Part shown: positions 23,236 through 28,152 of the stretch, in pieces | How the letters are laid out: every line of letters begins with the position of its first letter | How positions within the stretch are numbered: the first letter of the stretch is position 1 | Origin: Cyanophora paradoxa CCMP329 | Lineage: Eukaryota > Plantae > Glaucophyta | Assembly (NCBI GenBank): GCA_004431415.1 | Contig: QPMI01000598.1 | Location: forward strand, 1 to 28,152 | Length of the DNA stretch: 28,152 nucleotides | Direction of reading: 5' to 3' | Translations under genes and position numbers: made by a program | Notes under the pieces: model-generated | What the model was told of the DNA's origin: nothing | What the model saw: only the letters and a program-made list of their open reading frames with translations | Databases searched by the model: none

Positions 23236-23599
23236 ATGTCCAAAAGGTCGCGCCGTTTTCGGCCCGTCGAGGTCCGTCCGGGGCCGTCTGCGACATGCGA
23301 AACAGCTCCTTACGACAACCGGCTTGCGGTCAGGATCCGCCATTTGGTTACAGTAATCGCCCCACGACTCGAATCCAAGGAGGTCCTTTCGTTTGAGCCT
23401 TCAAACTGTGCAAGAAGACCGTCGGACCATCGGTATGTCGGAGCCTCGGAGCACGCGAGAGGCTGGAGAAGCGAGCAGCTGACTTCGGCCTGGCAATCGT
23501 TGATGGCACTGATTGCTCTGGAAACTGCCAGTTTGACAGTGTGCGTCTGTATTAGGGTTAGGGCTCTCAGAGTCTTTTGATATCAACCAGAAGGACCTA
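23236..23599 (+). pseudogene. 5' fragment of an OTU-like cysteine protease gene truncated at the TIR-element end
   Basis: ATG at 23236, intron donor gtccgt, then ARERLEKRAADFGLAIVDGTDCSGNCQFDSV, resembling the OTU RL..GL...DGNCQF motif; donor gtgcgt at 23541; no His-loop half is seen after 23600. Confidence 0.55.
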
Positions 23600-24047
23600 C
23601 TCTTTCTAAGCTACGGGCGCGCGGACCACTCCTAGACCGTCAACGCTTTAACTGTACCCGTGCTGTTAGGGATAGAGCGTAACCCGCAGGGACTGGTGCC
23701 CTGATGGAAAAAAGGAATCGGAGCCGAGCCTAGCTATAGCTACGAGCTGACTCCAGTGAGCAGGCGCTTCGCGTCCACGCCGGTGCCGTAGCGGATGAAG
23801 ATGCTCCTGCGAGAGGTCCGTAATTCTTGTCTAGCTGCAAGATGCGAGGGGGAACTTAGCTAGCTGCATGATGCTTGGAGCTGATCGTAATCGTAATTCT
23901 TGTCTAGCTGATGCTTGGAGCTGATCGTAGTCGTAATTCTTGTCGAGGGCGCGGGGGTGCCCCCGGGCCTCTTAGCTCTCAGCTCCCAGCCCGCCGCAAC
24001 CGGTACCGTGATTACGATCGTACTTCGGATCGTAATAGTAATCGTTT
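23600..24047 (+). mobile_element. Truncated sister copy of the 4652-6295 element (one end plus subterminal repeats)
   Basis: 23600-23818 matches the reverse complement of 6086-6295; 23969-23998 is the exact reverse complement of 5713-5742; a 40-bp tandem unit containing GATCGTAATC lies in between; preceded by TA. Confidence 0.9.
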
Positions 24048-24087
24048 ATATTTAAATTGCTTTCTCGTCCAGCGGCCCGACGCCGCC

Positions 24088-27000
24088 ATGCTTTTAGACG
24101 CACTCCGAAACGATGCATTCTTTCCTGTTGGCTTGCCCCTGAACGACGCCGAGAGCTGCTGAAGTTGAGTCCGAATCCAGACCTGGACCCCGTCAAGTCT
24201 AGAGTGCGGCCCGATCCGAGCTACGAGATTTGTCGAGATGATCGGCGCTAGTTGCGTACGACTCACTTGTTCGTATCCCGCAAGCTCCGGCTGTTACTCC
24301 GAGCGAGCGGCGCCTTAACGAAGCCCTCGGGTGCCCGCGTTGTCATCGCCCGATTGACCGAGCGATCTAAAAGAGCCTTTGCCGCTAAGCCGCCTTAACC
24401 GCTAAGCCGCGCAGCGTCTTGGCTGCCTTGGCCGGCTTGGCCGGCTTGGCCGCCTTGGCCGCCAGCGGCCGAGCAGCCGCCGAGTCTGCCGAGCCTCAGC
24501 AGCCGAGCCTGCGAGCAGCCGAGCCTGCCGAGCGCAGCCGAGCCTGCCGAGCAGCTGAGGCTGCTGAGCAGCTGAGGCTGGAGGGGGGTACAGAACGACT
24601 GGCTTCCTGTGAGGCCAGGGCGCAGTGAGATGCACTGGCGCGGTGCAGTTTTCGGGTGAACGACGAGAGAGCTCGCTGCGATGGGTCCGTAGCGTTCGAA
24701 GTCCTGCAACGCCCCTCGTGACCGCACTTAAGCGCTTAATTCGCAGGCGACGATGAGGCGAGAGCTGCCGATGTGCAGGAGATCGCCGACGGCTTTGCCT
24801 TGGCCGTGTGCGGTATCCTTGCTGCGGAGAGCGTCCAGGCGAGCCACGGAGACAGCGCCGCGACGGAGTAGCAGAGATCGTCGAGCGTGGGTATGATGGA
24901 TTGATGCACACTCGCTCTGTACGTGCTGACATTCACGCGGCGGACAGGCTCGAGGCGGCCAGCCGGCTCTTCTCAGGTGCGCTTGCTTCCTCTGCATGCA
25001 ATCCGCGCATTGCACATTCGTAGCTAATATGATCTGCAGTGCTGACCGGCAGGGCCTTCGACCACGCGTTCGCGCTGGTGTCCGCTGTGCACGGCCTGGT
25101 CGAAGCGGAGAAGGTGTCCCTCAGCCGGAAGCAGTTTCAGTACCTCACATCGATCATATCTTCGTTGTCGACTGTGCCGGACAACGAAGCGCGCCTGTTC
25201 AAACTGCTATGCTGGCGCATTTGCTCGGCCGGCGCGGCCAAGACGAAAGGTGCGGCCCGCACGAGCACAATACATCTTTCGCTGAGACGCCGTGAAGGTG
25301 CAAATTACAGCGGCATCTCCGAGGCGGTCGAGAAGGCGCTACGGAGCACACAAAATGCAGAGCTGAGGAGGAACATAGCGGATATCAAGAAGGAGCTCAG
25401 CGGTGCTCCGGCGCAGGGCAAGAAGTGCCAAGCGTTGTTCGACCTGCAGCACATGCGCGCGCAAGCTGCGAAGGCGGTTGGAAACTGGAGCTTCTCACAG
25501 GGGGCCTACCAGAAGGCGCGTGCTGCGGCGTCGCGCCTGCGGATCTCGCTGACACGGAGCAGGCAATCGTGTGCTACGATTTCGCAATCCAACAGTCTCC
25601 GGAAGACAAAGAATCGACTCTGCCATCTTCTGGTCGAACCGCGCGCAGTGCCACTGGAAGCTGGAGCGCTACCAGCAGGTCATCCTGGATTGCACGGAAG
25701 CGATCGCCCGCGCGCCCTTTGCCAAGGCCTACGTGAGCGCTTCCGCATGCGATCGCGGGGCGCGCGAGCTGATGCGCACCCCCGAACGAAGGCACGGCGT
25801 TCCAAGGCCCACGAGCAGCTGGGCGACCTCCTCGCTGCCTTGCGAGGTGCGCGGGGCGCCGGGCTACTCTGTCGCTCCGCGCCCGAGCGCCGCGCAGACG
25901 CACAGCAGTACATGAGGCTGGTCCCCGAGGACCGGGACGAGGCCGGGCGCGTTGCGGCCCTGCAGGCCACGGTCACGAAGCTGGGGCTCAGGCCCCCGTC
26001 GCCCTCCCCGGAGCCCGCCGCCCCGCCTCCGCCATCGGCCCCGCCCGACGAGGAGAAGAAGAAAGGGGCGGCGAACGGCCCCGCAGAGAAGAAGGGGCAA
26101 CAGCCGAAGGCGAAGGAGGAGGCGGCGACGGCCTCCTCCAAACGAGCGAAAAGGAAAGAGACGGGGACGAAGCAAAACGGGGCGGCCCCGCGGCGCCGCC
26201 CCGCCCCCGCCCCGCCCCGCCAGGTGCCGCGCCGCCCCATCCGCACCTCGCCGCCGCCGGGCCCAACGCGCCGCAGCGCCCGAAGAGAAGGGGGTGCTGG
26301 TGAAGTGCGAGACGCCGGAGGGCCCGATGGAGATCCGGGTCCCGGAGGCCTCTCATTCTCGGAGTTCAGACGGACCCTCATCACGTACCTGCAGGAGAAA
26401 GGCGTGTCGGGCCGCCAGCTGCGCTTCCTCCAGCTCCCGGAGAGGGGCCCCTGCAGAACGAGGAGCAGCTGAAGCAGTTCCTCTCCCGCCGCGTCCCTCG
26501 CTCGCCGTCGGTCCGGCCCGCCCCTGCGCCACGCGCCCCCGCCGCTTCGATCCGTGCGCCTGCAGACACCTCTTCTGCATCGGTCGCCTCGTCTGCGCCG
26601 CCCGCGCGAGAGAAGAAGCATGAGGAGGCACCGAAACCAGCGCCGCCGGCCCGGCTCCGCAGGCGAAGCTGCGCGCCGCGGCCAGCGGAAGCCCGAGAGG
26701 GCGCGGGGCGTCGGTAAACGGCAGGTCCCGCGGAGGCGACGAGGCGCCTAGCGAGGCCCCGCGGGTCGCCTCCGCTGCCGCCGCCTCCGCCGCTGCCCCG
26801 CCCGCGTCAGAGGCTGGTGCGCGCCGCGCGCAGCGCCCCGCGCCGCGCCGCCGGGCCGGTCCGAGGACGGCCGCCGCAGGCCGCTTCGAGCCGCTGCTGG
26901 AGCGCTAGAGGAGGCACGGGGCGGACGGGAGCCCCGAAGTCGAGCTGGCGGTCCTGGCCCGCTCCTCCGGTCGCGCCTGCCCAAGGCGCAGGGCGGCCGC

Positions 27001-27849
27001 CTCGCGAATACGTCCAGTCGGCCGCCGACGCCGGCGCCGTGGGGATCCGGCGGGACGGCGGCCTCCTTTTCGTGCGGCTGCCGGGCTCCCCCGGGGCGGC
27101 CGAGCACCGGCGTCGTCGAGGCCGTGAGCGACCCTTCGCTTCATCCGGCCCAGCGGGCCGCCCGCCGCCGGCGACCTCATCCCCTTCCACCGCCTCCACG
27201 TCGCCGTGCGCCCCGCCCCGCCCCGCCCCGCCCCCCGCCCGCCTCTCGCTCGCCCTTGTTCATTTTTCGCTCAGAGAGCTCCCCAGTGCCCTCCGTGGGC
27301 GACGCCGTCGAGTTCGTTGCCGTGTACGACCCGCAGACGAATCATGTGACGGCCTCGCATGTCCGCTGCATGGCGGGGCCGGTTTCGCCCCCCGCCGGCG
27401 AAACCTCCTCCCCGCCGCCCGCCGCCCGCGACGGCGGCTGGCACACCGTCGGCGCGAGGGCCGTCCGTCCCGCCCCCGCGCCCAACGCCCCCCCTGCCCC
27501 CCTCGCCCACGGGGGCCCCAAGCCCTCCGTCACGCCTCTCTCCACCCCGCAGCGCCCCGGCCCCGCCGCCCCATCCTCTCCCGACCTCCAGCGCCACCCC
27601 GGCCCGCGCCCCGCCTTCCCCGAACCTCGGACCCCGTACCCCCGGCTCGGCGAGGCCCTCCCCGGCCTCGCCGCCCCCCGGCCCCCATCCACCCCCCTCC
27701 GACCCGTCGCCCCACGCCTGTCCAGACCCCCGCCTGGACCTTCGGGACAGGATCTTTCCTACCTCCCCAAGGTCCCGCCCGCGCCCCGACCGCCCCGCCC
27801 CGCCCCGGCCCGCCGCTTGAGAGCTTCACGCCGCCTCGCAGGAGCTTAA
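24088..27849 (+). CDS. Multi-exon TPR-domain protein with possible PB1-like and cold-shock/OB-like domains and Pro-rich tail
   Basis: gccgccATG at 24088; short GT-AG introns; TPR motifs AKAVGNWSFSQGAYQKA, EQAIVCYDFAI, IFWSNRAQCHWKLERYQQVILDCTEAI..FAKAY; VLVKCETPEGPMEIRVP..LSFSEFRR; VGDAVEFVAVYDPQTNHVTASHVR. Confidence 0.7.
24370..24588. repeat. About 219-bp GC-rich repeat insertion in an intron of the TPR gene, flanked by TA
   Basis: Tandem TTGGCCGGC and GCCGAGCC-type units; TA at 24368-24369 and 24589-24590; removal restores ...ttgaccgagcgatcTAcag, a normal 3' splice site; partly duplicated at 12022-12070. Confidence 0.65.
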
Positions 27850-28152
27850 GGACATCGATCTAAAAGGCTGCAACGCGCCTTGCGCCTCAAGACGAAGATC
27901 TGCCGCCGCTGATGGACACAGGGTACTGCGAACACGGGAAGGACTGCTGGTTCGCCACGGCTCCCACGAGCTGCGAGACACCTCAGAGGTGCGCCGGTTG
28001 GATCGGGTGGGTCGTTTTCGGAATCTTTCTTGGGGCTTGCGGTTTGTGATGAGCAACCTTCACCAACGCTGACGGCGGCGCCGTTAGCGGTGAACTCCCC
28101 TCGGGGAGGGAACGCGCGCGGCCCGCCTGAAGTATCAAAACTTCTCTGTATT

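Noticed and set aside
23552-23563. TTAGGGTTAGGG telomere-like repeat
   Set aside because: Only two units inside a probable intron; compatible with chance.
25680-27863. Long Arg/Gly/Pro-rich ORFs on alternative frames and the opposite strand
   Set aside because: Shadow ORFs expected at very high GC, overlapping a better-supported spliced gene.

Overview
Eukaryotic, GC-rich genomic DNA with many short (about 40-65 nt) GT/GC-AG introns and frequent single-base indels. The indels also break the conserved V-ATPase D gene, so they are probably long-read assembly errors. An MAF-type transit-peptide-like N-terminus and the intron style suggest an alga, possibly a glaucophyte (inference only). Host genes: 3' end of a GRAM-domain gene, an acidic putatively plastid-targeted protein, a small SET-domain protein, V-ATPase subunit D, VPS50/syndetin, an STN1/RPA2-like OB-fold gene and a TPR protein. 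A 1.64-kb non-autonomous TIR element (4652-6295) sits between V-ATPase D and VPS50. Two more copies of one of its ends (11853, 23600) bracket an about 12-kb accessory block. That block holds the main finding: a spliced RAG1/Transib-type DDE recombinase gene with RAG1-like DALH and TxYxHxTLAH...GxWxxExxES motifs, lying tail-to-tail with a BAH-domain gene where ProtoRAG-type elements carry RAG2. The block also carries orphan coiled-coil/SIM genes and a truncated OTU-like gene. All domain calls come from motif recognition by eye; no searches were run and exon boundaries are approximate.
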